DNA from: Octopus vulgaris
Taxonomy: Eukaryota
Length of the DNA stretch: 64,000 nucleotides
Direction: 5' to 3'
Assembly (NCBI GenBank): GCA_951406725.2
Contig: OX597815.1
Span: 133,300,001-133,364,000 of the forward strand
How positions within the stretch are numbered: the stretch's first letter is position 1; each line of letters opens with the position of its first letter. Positions 37,508 to 50,693 of this stretch are shown piece by piece. Below the pieces are notes generated by a model. That model saw only the letters and a list, made by a program, of their open reading frames with translations. It was not told the origin of the DNA and did not search any database. The position numbers and the translations under genes were made by a program.

Positions 37508-37560
<53 letters not shown>

Positions 37561-37747
37561 GAGATGTACTTGCATAGCAAATGACTTGATATGAGATCAT
37601 GTGTTGAAACAAAAACAATTGCAGCGTGGAAGATGTTTATAAGCCATTTAAAAACACACTTCAATATTTGAATTTAATTTGTCAGAATATTTATCTCGCT
37701 TTGAAACTGCAACTTGTTCACTGACAAAATTCCGTGCTGCATATATA

Positions 37748-38402
37748 TCATCATCATCATCATCATCATCATCATCGTTTAACGTCCGCTTTCCGCGCTA
37801 GCACGGGTTGGACGGTTCGACCGGGTCTGGGAAGCCAGGGGCCGCTCCAGGCTCCAGTCTGAATCTGGCAGAGTTTCTACGGCTGGATGCCCTTCCTAAC
37901 GCCAACCACTCCGTGAGTGGATTGGGTGCTTTTTACGTGCCACCTGCACAGGGGCCAGAGGGTCCGGCATCGTCACGATCGGTTCGAGTATTTTAACATG
38001 TCAGCGGCACGGGGGCAACGAGGTCCGGGGTACTTTGGGGATCGGGGTACTTTGGGGATCCAGGGTACTTTGGGGATCCGGGGTACTTAGAATGGGTAGG
38101 GGGTATGTGGAATTGCTGCAGAAAGCAGCCTGGGTCTTTGTAGTCACAGCATATCTCCAGAGATCTCGGTCCTTCGCCATTGCCTCAGTGAGGCCCAATG
38201 CTCTGAGGTCATGCTTGACCACCTCATCCCATGTCTTCCTGGGTCTACCTCTCCCCCTGATACCTTCAACTGTTTGGGAGTGGCACTTCTTCACACATCT
38301 CTCTTCATCCATCCGCAGCACATGACCATACCATCGCAAGCGTCGCTCTTGCACACCACATCTGATGCTTCTTATATCCAGCATTTCTCTCAGGATACTT
38401 AC

Positions 38403-38406
<4 letters not shown>
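37748..38406 (-). mobile_element. RTE LINE 3' end, second subfamily with 18-bp GGGGTACTTTGGGGATCC repeats
   Basis: RRLRWYGHV...RGRPRKTWDEVV followed by 3' UTR and (GAT)n tail; flanked by (TA)n. Confidence 0.9.
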
Positions 38407-38452
<46 letters not shown>

Positions 38453-38713
38453 ACATAATATATGCTGAAACCATAGTGATATCTGTTTGATAGCTTATGA
38501 TGGTAATATATGTTTGTTATGTTTGCTCGTAAATTTTTTAAATCTTAATCACATTATTCAGACTTGTCTTACATTCTAGTAAAGTAGAAAATGTTTGTGA
38601 ATTTATGATTTGTGGAGATTACTTATATTGATATATGTTATTTCATTGATAATCTTATTAAGCTTAGTAATGCTTAGAAATTGGTATCTAGTTTTGGGAA
38701 TTTTGTGTGGCAC

Positions 38714-38750
<37 letters not shown>

Positions 38751-38914
38751 GTATAAATAGGGTTAGTGGCTATAATAACCGACTAAGGGATAAAATATCT
38801 GTATTTACTGTCGGTATCCGTTACCTGTGTTGTCCCCAGGCATGGGTGTGCTGGCACACTATGCATATAGAGTGCGGGTAACAACAGGATAAATAAGGGT
38901 TTATCAGGAAACAA

Positions 38915-39115
38915 ATACAAATAATCAGAAAATGGAGAAAACCTCAGATTAACAAACACATCGATTGGACCACATTTATAGCTTTTTTTTTATACAAAGC
39001 ATGTTACATCACCTATTTGTTATATCATGCTTTGTATTAAAAAATAAGCTATAAATGTGGTCCAATCAATGTGTTTGGTAATCTGAAGTTCTCTCCATTT
39101 TCTGATTATTTGTAT
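38915..39115. repeat. Near-perfect hairpin (~90-bp arms)
   Basis: 38915-39003 pairs with 39026-39115. Confidence 0.88.
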
Positions 39116-39959
39116 ATATATATATATATATATATATGTAACAGGCTTTCATACAGTTTCCATCTACCAAATTTTACTCACAAGGCATTTGGCTAAAACA
39201 GGGTTATAGAATAAGATGTTTGCTGAATGTGCTGCACAGTGGAACTGAACCCAAGATTCTGTGGCTGGAAGATAAGCTTCTTACCCACACAGCCATGACT
39301 GCACCTGATCATAAAAAAGAACAAAAAATTGGTGTGATATATTTATGCACTAATAAATTCAAAAGGTGAGAATGAAATTAAAGCTAGGTAATTTCTTCCT
39401 AAATTTGATGATCTTCAAAAGCTTATACTATGGAGAATAAAATTAAGCAGAAAGACATTGAATAAGGCTAAGAGAAAGTTAATTATTATCTACTTTAAAT
39501 AAGAACTGACGTTCATAACTAGAAATAATGTCATCTCCATACAAACTACCAATAACTCCATTTGAAGTATTATCACACTGCTAGATTCTTTTCTCTCTTA
39601 CTTTTTAATCTTTCTCGCTTGATGAGCTTCCAAAAGAAGCTAATTTGTCATAAGTGGGTAAACAAATGTAAAAAAAAGATGAAAGAAACAAAACATTTAA
39701 AACTATTATGTGCTGTGGAAAAGTATGAAGAGGTTTAGTTACAAGCAGTGAAGTGTATGACCTTAAGATATTATATGATATATTTTTACAAGAGAAGAAG
39801 ACAGAACAAACAAGAGTTAAGTGTCTCGACGAATGGTTCTGGATAAGCAAAAAAACAAAAGACAAAGGCAGGTGGTGTAGACAACAAACAGATGTATTAG
39901 TTTAACGCTCCGGAAGTGAAAAAGTCTTTAACGTTTCAAGCCTATATATACATATATGA

Positions 39960-40033
<74 letters not shown>

Positions 40034-40580
40034 CGAGTGATCATTTCAAATCTTCAATGAAAACTATGTCTGGTCATGGGGAAATATTACCTAGTTTGAA
40101 AACAGGTGAGGACTGGAGAAATGAAGTGCACCTAGGCATAGAAAATTTGCCCATCTGACATATCGAAACATGGACAAGTAGACGTTAAAATATTCTTTTC
40201 TACTCTAGACACAAGACCTGAAATTTTAGAGGGAGGGGGGGCAGTCTATTAGATTGATCCCAGTACGCAACTGATACTTTATTTACCGACTCCAAAAGAT
40301 GAAAAGCAAAGTCGACCTCGGCAGAATTTGAACTCAGAACGTAAAGACAGATGAAATACTGCTAAGCATTTCGCCTGGCGTGCTTATGATTCTGGCAGCT
40401 CACCACCTTGTGGATGTTAAAATATTGATTATGATGATGATCAAATATTACATATTCATATATACATACAGATATATTTACACACACACGTATGCAAATT
40501 ACGTATCATATTATTTTATATTACATTACACTATATTTATGAAGATATGAATACAAATATGGACAATGATTATAACTTAC

Positions 40581-40645
40581 ATAAAACCGCATATATGTTG
40601 GAGAAGCAAGGCTGAGATGCTGATGAGGACAATCTTTAGATACAT
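40581..40645 (-). CDS. PON: Paraoxonase/arylesterase-like, first confident coding exon (MYLKIVLISISALLLQHICGF; whole exon 40581-40686 incl. upstream 41 nt)
   Basis: ttttgcag acceptor at 40687-40688, ATG at 40645, GTAAGT donor at 40580; hydrophobic N-terminal anchor; 65 nt phase 2 joins the next exon in frame. Confidence 0.8.
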
Positions 40646-41113
40646 AGTGAAAAATCTGAAAAGATCAACAGCCAGATGACGACAACCTGCAAAAAGAGTA
40701 AAATATTTATGTTTATTATATTTAGAAAGATAATTCTTCAAGTTGATAATATTCATTGACTTCTATCTTAACAAAACACGTGACCAATCAACAATAGATG
40801 TGAACCAATTAGGGAAGTCTTTATGTGATCACTCGGTTTGCTAGAAATAACAGCCAAATCTCCCATGAATTACATACTGCCATCTTAAAAGAGAAAAGCA
40901 AAAACATTTTGGATAATCAGTTGTGTCTGGAGAGAGTCATTTTCTTTTTGTGCCTTATAATGTAACACACTCACCGGTAAAATTTCCACTTATTTCTTAT
41001 TTTTTATTTTCCTAAATTTTTTTTAAAGCTAGACTTTGGATGAATGCTGGATTAGTAACCAATTGCCTTCCAGGTAAGTGGAATTTGAACTCAGATTGTA
41101 GATATTTACTGTA

Positions 41114-41950
41114 CAAGGTCTGATCAATAAGTAACCAGGCTGTTGTCATAGTAATGAAGCTAAAGCATGCAAAGTGAAGCCACTTGACACAGTGTGACCT
41201 TCAACTCTCCTGTGCAGCTGCACTAAGTTCTAGCTCACGTTCACTGTTTACAGCAGTGTTTGGAAGGAAGGTGTGTAGTGTGTAATCGTTGCATTGACCA
41301 TGACAAAGAAAGTTGTGATGGTAATACCTGTTCAGAGGCCTATGCAAAGTTTAAGAAAGTGTATGGAGAGGAGTGTATGATCCACACACAAGTGTATGAA
41401 TGGTTCAGACATTTCCAAGATGGCTGTAAAATATTGATATCGACAAATGTTCTGGGAAACCCACAAGCAGAACTGAGAAAAATATTGCAGATGTGTGTGC
41501 AGCTGTGAGGGGAAATTGTCAAATCACCATCCGTGAGTTATCAGAGGATGTGCAGATTAGTTACAGTTCACTTCAGTCCATTATCACTGAAAATTTGGGT
41601 ATCAGACACATGTCTGGCACATTTGTGCCAAAACTGCTTTCAGCTGACCAAAAAGACACTCAGGTTTCAGTTGCACAAGATCTCCTGAATTGTATCGAGA
41701 ACAATGAAAACTTTGAAAAGGCCTCTGAGTAGATATCACCATCACAACTTTCTCTACCATGGTCAATACAACAATCACTCACTATACACCTTCCTTCCAG
41801 GCACTGTTGTAAACAGAGGAAGTGGGCTAGTTAAAACTTAGTGTGCATACAAAGCAGAGTTCAAGGTCAATCTGTGTGAAGCAGCTTCACTCTCCATGCT
41901 TTAGTTTCATTACTATAACAATTGTCTGGAGACTTATCGATGAGACCACA
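41114..41950 (+). mobile_element. Internally deleted mariner with ~200-bp inverted ends
   Basis: TA flanks; 41114-41320 inverted at 41735-41950; YGEECM..QVYEWFRHF HTH and FVPKLL remnants. Confidence 0.85.
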
Positions 41951-44343
41951 TAAAACATTTCTGCCAAAGATTCTGCAAAGCAATGTGAAATGAAGTGTTT
42001 TGCTCAAGAACACAAAGTGCCACCTGGTCCAGGAATCCAACCGATGGTCTAGTGATCATGAGAACAATACTCTAAACACTAGGCCATGTGCCTTCACCCA
42101 TATACATAGCCAAGTGAGATCGTAGTTGTGGCCAATGCCACTGTTGTGTAAGTGACTTGTTGAAAGCATCCTTCAACCATTGGGCAATATGCTGTGCTTG
42201 AGAAGACCTGTCGAACTGAGTGAAATCGTAATCGTGGTTGATGCCAGTGCCGTCTGACTGGCACCCATGCTGGTGGCACGTAAAAAGCACTTTTCAAGCA
42301 TTGGGCCTCATGGAGGCAGTTACAGATGCCCAAGACCTTTAGCAATATACTGTGCTTGTGTAGACCTGTCAAGCCAAGTGAGACCGTAGTTGTGGCCGAT
42401 GCCTGTGTCAGGTCATTGGCACCCATGCCGGCAGCATGAAAAAAACACCCACTACGCTCTTGGAGTGGTTGGCATTAAGAAGGGCATCCAGCCATAGAAA
42501 CCTTGCCAAATCAGATCGAAACCTAGTGTTGCTCTCCAGCTTACCAGTTATCAGCCAAACCGTCCAATCTATGCCAGCATGGAAAGCAGACATATGATGA
42601 TGATGTATTTCTATGATCATTTTGGGAGGTATGCAATGTTGCATATCATATGTACACAACATTAAGCATTTATTTTCAAAATACAAGTGAGAAGATAAAT
42701 AAAATGTATATCATATTATGTATTATAAAGAGACAGACAAATGTATTGCAATTATACAGTTATATATTAAACTACAGTGTCATCTGCATACCAGAGAGCT
42801 ATATCTATAGTATGTGAACTATAGTGGAAAATGTATGAAAATATGCATGAAATGGAATATATCATTATTTCTTACATTAAATATATATGGATATCTTATA
42901 GTATATATGAAATGAAATGTCTTTATTATATATTAGATATTATATACTGGACAATATATTAAAGTATATGTGAAATGAAATATGTTTTAATTACCTACTA
43001 GCAGAAGAGACAGCACTGCCAAGGATAAACAGTTGCTATAAATAAGCCAGAGTTCGTCATCATCGTCGTCGTTGTTTAATGTCCACTTTCCATGGGATGG
43101 ACAGTTTGACTGAGGACTGGCAAGCCAGAAGGCAGTACCAGGCACCAATCCAATCTGGCAAAGTTTCTACAGCTGGATGCCCTTCCTAAAACCAACCACT
43201 CCAAGAGTGTAGTAGGTTCATTTTTAACTGCCACCGGCACAGGAGCCAGTCAGGTGGTACTGGCAATGATCATGTTCAAATGGTGCTTTTTATGTGCCAG
43301 CAGCACAGGACCAGTTAGTTGTTCTTGATACCCCTAATTTAATAAAGGTATACCTGATTTAATAAAGCATTATTTGCTAATTTTCATGCAAGAGATTAAA
43401 TTGTTTTCCACTATGTTTATAGTAACTGGGTGAGTAATAAATACACTGTTCTACACATTTATGCTTAACACTATTAGTATGTTTCATAGTTTAACTATCT
43501 AATAGAAATATTTCAAATTCAAATGTATCAAATAAAAATACGGGATTAAGTAAAACTGAAAACAGTTTTATCTCATTTGAAACTTTTCATCAGGATAATT
43601 ATCATCAATGTTTTTACATCCACTTTTCCATGCTTGCATGGGTTGGAAGGAGCTTATTGAAGCAGTTTAGCTATGTACTGGATGTCCTTCCTGTCACCAG
43701 GAAAGGAATGTTTCTACAAAATATTGAAAATGAACGATATCCATTTACAACTATCACAAAATGTCAAAGACAAAGCGATACAAACATACACACATTTACA
43801 TGCATATACATGCACACACACACACACATAAATATATACAGTTAAAATTTACAGTAAAACAAAAGACAAAGACAGGTGTATAAACAACAAGCAAGTGCAT
43901 TAGTTTGATGCACAGGAAAATGAGAAAGTCTTTTACATTTTGAGCCTACACTCTTCAACAGAAAGGAACACAAAGAAATAAACAGAGAGAGAATATAAAA
44001 AACTTGTGGATTTAGTAAACAATATACAATAGGCTTTCAGTTTCCATCAACAAATTACCACAAAGTTGTGGTCAGCCTGGGGCTTCAGAAGTGGACAGTT
44101 GTCCAGAATGCTGCAGTGGGACAGAACCCAAAACCATGAGGTAGGGAAACGAACTTCTCCACCACATAGCCATGTTTGCACCTACACGCAGTCACACTAG
44201 CACCAATATTTTCTGTTAATTTTCAGTTTTCATCTTTGCTATGCCTGTGACATCCTCTTGTCATAGTAAACAGACATTGATTAGCAAATGTCTTTAGAAC
44301 CACAGGGTCCCTGACCCAACTGACAGCAACATAAAGCTGACAA

Positions 44344-44621
44344 CATGTGAACATGAGAATAGGAGATAAATGTCACATTTTTTATAAGCTTTGTTCTTGA
44401 CTTTTGTTTATTGACATGACAAATATTGGTCTGACCACATGTGAACATAAGAATAGGAGATAAATGTCACATTTTTTATAAGCTTTGTTCTTGACTTTTG
44501 TTTATTGACATGACAAATATTGGTCTGACCTCATGTGAACATGAGAATAGGAGATAAATGTCACATTTTTTATAACCTTTGTTCTTGACTTTTGTTTATT
44601 GACATGACAAATATCGGTCCG
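44344..44621. repeat. Tandem repeat, 3 x 94 bp, nearly identical
   Basis: Units start CATGTGAACAT at 44344, 44438, 44532. Confidence 0.95.
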
Positions 44622-45296
44622 ATATGGTGTTGGTGTCTCCTTAAAATAAAGAGCAAATTTGTATCAGATGCTTCCAAGAGAATTAGCCTGTGTTAATAGA
44701 ACATGTTCTTTCAACACATTTCTACTTGCATTTATCAGAACGTTAGTCATAGATAAAGCTCTAAAATATGAGCAATTATAATGACTGTTTAACTGATCAA
44801 TATTCTTCAAGAACATTGCTCAACAAAATCATGTCTTTATTCAACTGGAAATTTAAATAATTTCCAAGTAAGCTTCAGCTGAAACACTCTCCAGATTAAC
44901 TTTATAGAAACTGGGTATATGGAAAATCTTCTCCATTAGTAAAGAGGCAATGTACCTCCAGCTTGCAGCTCTGATGAGTCACCTATATTGCTAAGACCAA
45001 TTGTTAATATGAAACCAACAGTAACTTTCTGACTGGCCATAACCAATGACTACATATAATCCTTTATCATTTACTTGTTTCAGTCATTGGACTGTGGCCA
45101 TGCTGGGGTACCACCTCGAAGAATTTTTAGTCGAATGAATAAACCCCAGAACTTACTTTTTTCAGCCAAGTAGTTATTCTTTCAATCGCTTTTTGCCAAA
45201 CTGCCATGTTACAGGATTGTAAACACATCAATGTGGTTGTCAAGCAGTGGTGAAAGACAAACACAGACACATATATATATATATATATATAAATAT

Positions 45297-46706
45297 ACTG
45301 GAGATATGCTGTGACTGCAAAGACCCGGGCTGCTTCCTGCACCAGTTCTGCATAGCCCCAGCCCATTCAAAGTACCTGGGATTTCAGAACAACCTGCTGT
45401 GCTTGAGGAGACCTATTGAGTCAAGTACATCATCATCATCATCATTTAACGTCCGCTTTCCATGCTAGCATGGGTTGGACGATTCAACTGGGGTCTGGGG
45501 AGCCCGAAGGCTGCACCAGGCCAGTCGGATCTGGCAGTGTTTCTACAGCTGGATGCCCTTCCTAACGCCAACCACTCCGAGAGTGTAGTGGGTGATTTTA
45601 TGTGCCACTGACACAGGTGCCAGACGAGGCTGGCGAACGGCCACGATCGGATGGTGTTTTTTATGTGCCACCAACACAGGTGCCATACGAGGCTGGCGAA
45701 CGGCCACGATCAGATGGTGTTTGTTACGTGCCCACAGCACGGAGGCCAGTCGATGCGGTACTGGCTACGGCCACGTTCGGATGGTTTTCTTATGTGCCAC
45801 CGGCACTGGTACCACAAAGATACAAATTCCATTGATGTTCATCTATTTTGATTTGGTTTGCTTTTGATTTTGATTTTCACTTGCCTCAACAGGTCTTCAC
45901 AAGTGTCACAAGAAGGAAGGTATGCACAGGTGGACTGACTACGTCCCAGGTAGGGGCCACAGGTTATGGCCTGACTAGTCTTGCCGGGTCTTCTCACGCA
46001 CAGCATACTTCCATAGGTCTCGGTCTCTAGTCATTTCCTTGGTGAGACCTAAAGTTCGAAGGTCGTGCTTCACCACCTCGTCCCAGGTTTTCCTGGGTCT
46101 ACCTCTTCCACAGGTTCCCTCAACTGCTAGGGTGTAGCACTTTTGCACACAACTATCTTCAGCCATTCTCGTCACATGACCATACCAGCGCAGCCATCTC
46201 TCTTGCACACCACAACTGATGCTTCTTAGGTTCAACTTTTCTCTCAAGGTACTTACACTCTGTCGATTATGAACACTGACATTACACATCCATCAGAGCA
46301 TACTGGCTTCATTTCTTGCGAGCTTACGCATATCCTCAGCAGTCACGGCCCATGTTTCACTACCATCGAAATAAATATCAAATGGAAATAGTAGTTGTGA
46401 TACCTGTGCCTGTGGCACGTAAAAAGCACCATCCAAACGTGGCCGATGCCAGCGCCGCCTTGACTGGCTCCTGTGCCGGTGGCATGTAAAAAGCACCAAC
46501 TGATCGTGACCACTGCCAGACTCCCTGGCACGTAAAAAGCACCCACTACACTCACGGAGTGGTTGGCGTTAGGAAGGGCATCCAGCTGTAGAAACACTGC
46601 CAGATCAGACTGGAGCCTGGTGCAGCCTCCTGGCTTCCCAGACCCCAGTCGAACCGTCCAACCTGTGCTAGCACGGAAAACGGACGTTAAACGATGATGA
46701 TGATGA
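45297..46706. mobile_element. Composite of three RTE 3' fragments in alternating orientation (+45297-45427, -45428-46365, +46366-46706)
   Basis: RTE C-terminal ORF 45975-46289, shared 3' UTR, outward-facing (GAT)n tails. Confidence 0.85.
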
Positions 46707-47012
46707 TATATATTTATATATATATACACGATGGGCTTCTTTCAGTTTCCATCTACCAAATCCACTCACAAGGCTTTGGTTGGCCTAACACTATAGTAGA
46801 AGATACTTGCCCAAGGTGCCATGTAGTGAGACTGAACTCAAAACTATATGATTGGGAAGCACACACAGCCACACAGGTACAATATGCTTGTAGGGAAACT
46901 CACACCCATGACCCTCAGATCACAGAGTTTCTTTCATAAATTCATAAAAGTCTAATGCTCAACCATCTGAGCTATGTGAACAGACATAATACATATATAT
47001 ATATATATATGT

Positions 47013-47149
47013 ATTAACATTTAACAGAAGCAAGAGAGTGACTCAAGAGTCAAGGGTTTCGTACATTAGCACTCATTAAAAATTTGATAAGTGCTAACGC
47101 ACACAACTCACAGACTTGAGCCACTCTGTTGCTTTTGCTAAATATCAAT
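47013..47149. repeat. Imperfect palindrome with decayed hammerhead-like cores
   Basis: Arms pair around ~47081. Confidence 0.75.
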
Positions 47150-47168
47150 AAAAATGTAAAAATATATA

Positions 47169-47617
47169 CAGGTCATCTTTGACTTAAGACCGCAAATGGT
47201 CCCAACTGACAGGTCATAAGATGATTTGGTCGAAGTCGACCTACAGGTCTACATATATATTTTTACATTCTTAAAGGCACATTCCCAGATAAAAGTCACA
47301 CACAGCATTCTGTATTATGCTATTATACTGGCGTTAGTTAAAACTTTCGGAGTTTCAAACAGTCATCTTATAAACAAATATGAGATTGCCTCGATGTCTC
47401 CATGACAAGATATTCATCCAACACTTAGGAAAACAACAGTGGCAATCAATAACCAAACCTAGGGGAAGTGATTGTTAGCTGACATCATTCATAGATGGGT
47501 TAATTTCTAAGAAACTAAACCCATTAGATTTCAACTGGTCTATTTATTAGATAGATGCTAATCATCATAAAGTCGATCAATCATAAGTCAGATAGGTCGT
47601 AAGTCGATAACAACCTG
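47169..47617. mobile_element. Pogo/Tigger-like MITE
   Basis: TA-CAGGT..TC..GACTTA.GACC TIRs at both ends. Confidence 0.75.
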
Positions 47618-47667
47618 TATATACAACTCATGTTTTGAGAGCTATTTTTTCTGCTTGCACCAACAAA

Positions 47668-47712
<45 letters not shown>

Positions 47713-47715
<3 letters not shown>

Positions 47716-48107
47716 CACAGGAGTGGCTGTGTGATAAGTAGCTTGCTTACCAACCACATGGTTCCGGGTTCAGTCCCATTGTGCGGCACCTCGGGCAAGT
47801 GTCTTCTACTATAGCCTCGGGCCGACCAAAGCCTTGGGAGTGGATTTGGTAGACGAAAACTGAAAGAAGCCTGTTGTATGTATATATATGATGTGTGTGT
47901 GTCTGTGTTTGACCCCACCAACATCACTTGACAACCAATGCTGGTGTGTTTGCGTCCTCGTAACTTAGCAGTTCAGCAAAAGAAACCGATAGAATAAGTA
48001 CTAGGCTTACAAAGAATAAATCCTGGGGTCGATTTGCTCAACTAAAAGTGGTGCTCCAGGATGGCCGCAGTCAAATGACTGAAATAAGTAAATAGAAAGA
48101 AAAAGAA
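47713..48107 (+). mobile_element. tRNA-SINE family B, full copy with central (TA)/(TG) tract (others ~11070-11450, 12290-12682 and split copies)
   Basis: A/B-box head, ACCT(T/C)GGGCAAGT CORE-like block, tail GTGCTCCAG.ATGGCCGCAG...ACTGAAA. Confidence 0.85.
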
Positions 48108-49180
48108 TAGATATATGTATGTATGTATGTATGTACATATGCACACACACACACACACAGAGCACATACACTCAACATCACTTGCATGGATAGCATCTGC
48201 TCAACTAATAAATAAATCTGCTTTTAATGTTACAAATGTATTTAAGGTGACATGAGTGAACTTTAGCATGTTGATGTTAGGAATACTCCAGAAACAAATG
48301 TCAACCTAGATGTAAAATATTTGTTAATGCATCTCTTTTCATTAGACAATAGGAATAAAACTATGCAATTAATATTTCATTTAATAATCCAAGGTGCCAA
48401 CTATCTAAACCAGATGAGGAGAAAAACATAAATGCACAATTGGATTGTAGGATCTATGAGAGTAATAGATTGTTTGTAGACTTTGTTAGCTGTTTTTTGC
48501 TCAAAATTTTACTGCTATTATACTTTTAGAATTATGTGCTTCTTCTTCATTAACATCTGGTATTATTAAGGCAAGTTCATTGCTCATTGGTGAGTTATAT
48601 CTCCTACAATGTTCCTAATCAGTTCTGTAAACCAATTTCTGCATTTGTTGGAATGTTTCCAACATCAATTTGTTCTTGATAAATAAAACTGTAATACCAG
48701 TTTCCAGCAAACATCATAACTGAATTAATTTCTTGAAATATAATTTGATCATGAATTTGGTTAACATTGTCCCTGGACACCCTTCCCAGACAATTCAGGA
48801 ATACCCTATAATTTGCACACCTCCTTATTTGCAGCATGAGTCAAAATAAAGGAAATATAATGCGCCCCTGGTCCTCTAACCAAGAAACCTTATAGTATTA
48901 ACTATTTAGCATTTAAACCAGCCATATCTGACCCAAATACTCTATCTGTTTTATTTGAAACTGGCCAGATCTAGCCTCTCACACTTACCATACAATGGCA
49001 TTCTAAAAACATACTATTGAAATGTTGAAGCTATGAGATAATGCATGATTAATTCAAATCAATATGAATAAATAAGTACTATATTATCTGAATGCTAAAC
49101 GTATAAATTATGTCACTGTACAGCCTTGAGCCTGCAGCTGTGATGAAAAATATCAATATGAACTGGTTAAAACTTATCTA

Positions 49181-50235
49181 TCAGTCATCCCATAAGTTCT
49201 GTCTGATTTCACATTTTTTTTTAATTAAATGAAATTTAAAAGTATTTTAGAATATCTAATGGAATTAAAAATTATTTTTATGAATTTGTGTACATTTAAA
49301 CTAATTAAATATTATTTTACAGAATAATAGAATTAAAATTCCTTTGATTAAAACCCTTTCTAACATGGAAGTATCCAAAGAGCATTTGAGGCACATAATG
49401 CTTTATGAGTGCAAAAAAGGAAACTCTGCAGCCGAAGTGACTCGAAACATACACTCAGTTTATGGGAAAGAATGCTTGTATGAAAGAACTTGCAGAAGAT
49501 GGTTTGCAAAATTCAGAAGTGGAGATTTCAGCCTTGAAGATGAAGATCGAAAAGGATATACAGTTGAGTTTGATGATAGGCTCCTTGAGGAATTACTTGA
49601 AGAAAATCCTGCATTATCAGTTGAAGAATTGACAATAAAGCTTAGTTTAAACCATACAACTGTTCATCGTCATCTTCAACAACTTGTAAAGGTTCCTAAA
49701 CTTGGAAAATGGGTGCTTCATGAATTGTCCAAAAGCAACTGCAAATCCCGAGTTGACATATGCTCTTCTCTCCATTCTCACGAACTCATTTCACCCTTTT
49801 TGGATAGACTTGCGACTGGTGGCGAAAAATGGATCTTCTATTGAAATGTTAAACATCATAAACAGTAGCTTGGTAAAAGGGAAAAGGCCCAACCACAACC
49901 GAGAAGGGAACTTCATGGGAAAAAGGTTCTTCTCTCTATCTGGTGGGATTGCAAAGGAGTAATTCACTTTGAATCATTACCACCTAATGCAAAAATCAAT
50001 GCTCAAGTCTACTGGTTGGAAAAAAATTCCTCATCCACCTTATTCTCCTGACTTTGCTCCTTCAGACTACCATTTGTTTAATAGTTTACAGAATCATTTG
50101 GGGGACATAACTTTCACAAGCTAGGAGGAGGTCGAAACTGATATTTCAGAGTTCTTTGCTTTGAAACCAAAAGAGTTTTACATTGATGGGATTAAAAAGC
50201 TTGTAAATAGATGGAAGGAAGTCATAGATAATCAT
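49181..50235 (+). mobile_element. Decayed mariner transposon
   Basis: ORF 49344-49844 with HTH, WVLHEL (WVPHEL) and downstream YSPDFAPSDYHLF. Confidence 0.9.
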
Positions 50236-50436
50236 ACATTTGTGGAGAGGTTCTCCTGATTAGTCTGGCCCATTCAGGAGCTTGTATACCACTCAGCACT
50301 AGATTAACCATTTGGCAAAATAAGCACATGCTTAGGGCATCAGAGAAATGGTAAATGGTTCACAGTACGAAAGAAATCACTTTAAACTTACATTATTTAT
50401 ATTTGACGGATATTTGTCCTCATCTTGTTTGTTGTT

Positions 50437-50482
50437 AACACAACATTTCGGCTGATATACCCTCCAGCCTTTATCAGGTGTC
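50437..50482 (-). ncRNA. Minimal hammerhead motif, degenerate core (CUGAUAA)
   Basis: GACAC-CTGATAA-A-GGCTG..CAGCC-GAAA-TGTT-GTGTT. Confidence 0.6.
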
Positions 50483-50620
50483 TTGGGAAAATTTCAAACC
50501 TGGGTTCTCATTCCTAAGGTATTTTTCGATGTTGTTATTATTATTATTATTCAGGTCACTGCCTGGAATCGAACTCGGAATCTTGGGGTTAGTAGTCTGC
50601 ACTCTTAACCACTACGTCAC

Positions 50621-50693
50621 GGGCATATGGCATAGTGGTTAAGAGCGCGGGCTGGTAATCCCAAGATTCTGAGTTTGATTCCAGGCAGTGACC
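50621..50693 (+). other. tRNA-derived head of the PLE pseudo-LTR (not a functional tRNA gene)
   Basis: A box TGGC(G/A)TAGTGG, anticodon-like arm (GGG-CTACTAA-CCC in sister copies), B box GTT(C/T)GATTCC; poor acceptor and T stems. Confidence 0.7.

Noticed and set aside
2956-40645. Squid DFPase as identity of the beta-propeller gene
   Set aside because: Motifs (GSED, PHGIS, VVNH, VDNISVD, GCHP) and the N-terminal anchor are PON-family
44965-45030. CTGATGA...GAAAC...GTA hammerhead-like motif
   Set aside because: Neither stem I nor stem II can be closed; at best heavily decayed
50621-50693. Functional tRNA gene
   Set aside because: Acceptor and T stems do not pair and copies are embedded in a repeat; SINE heads rejected likewise
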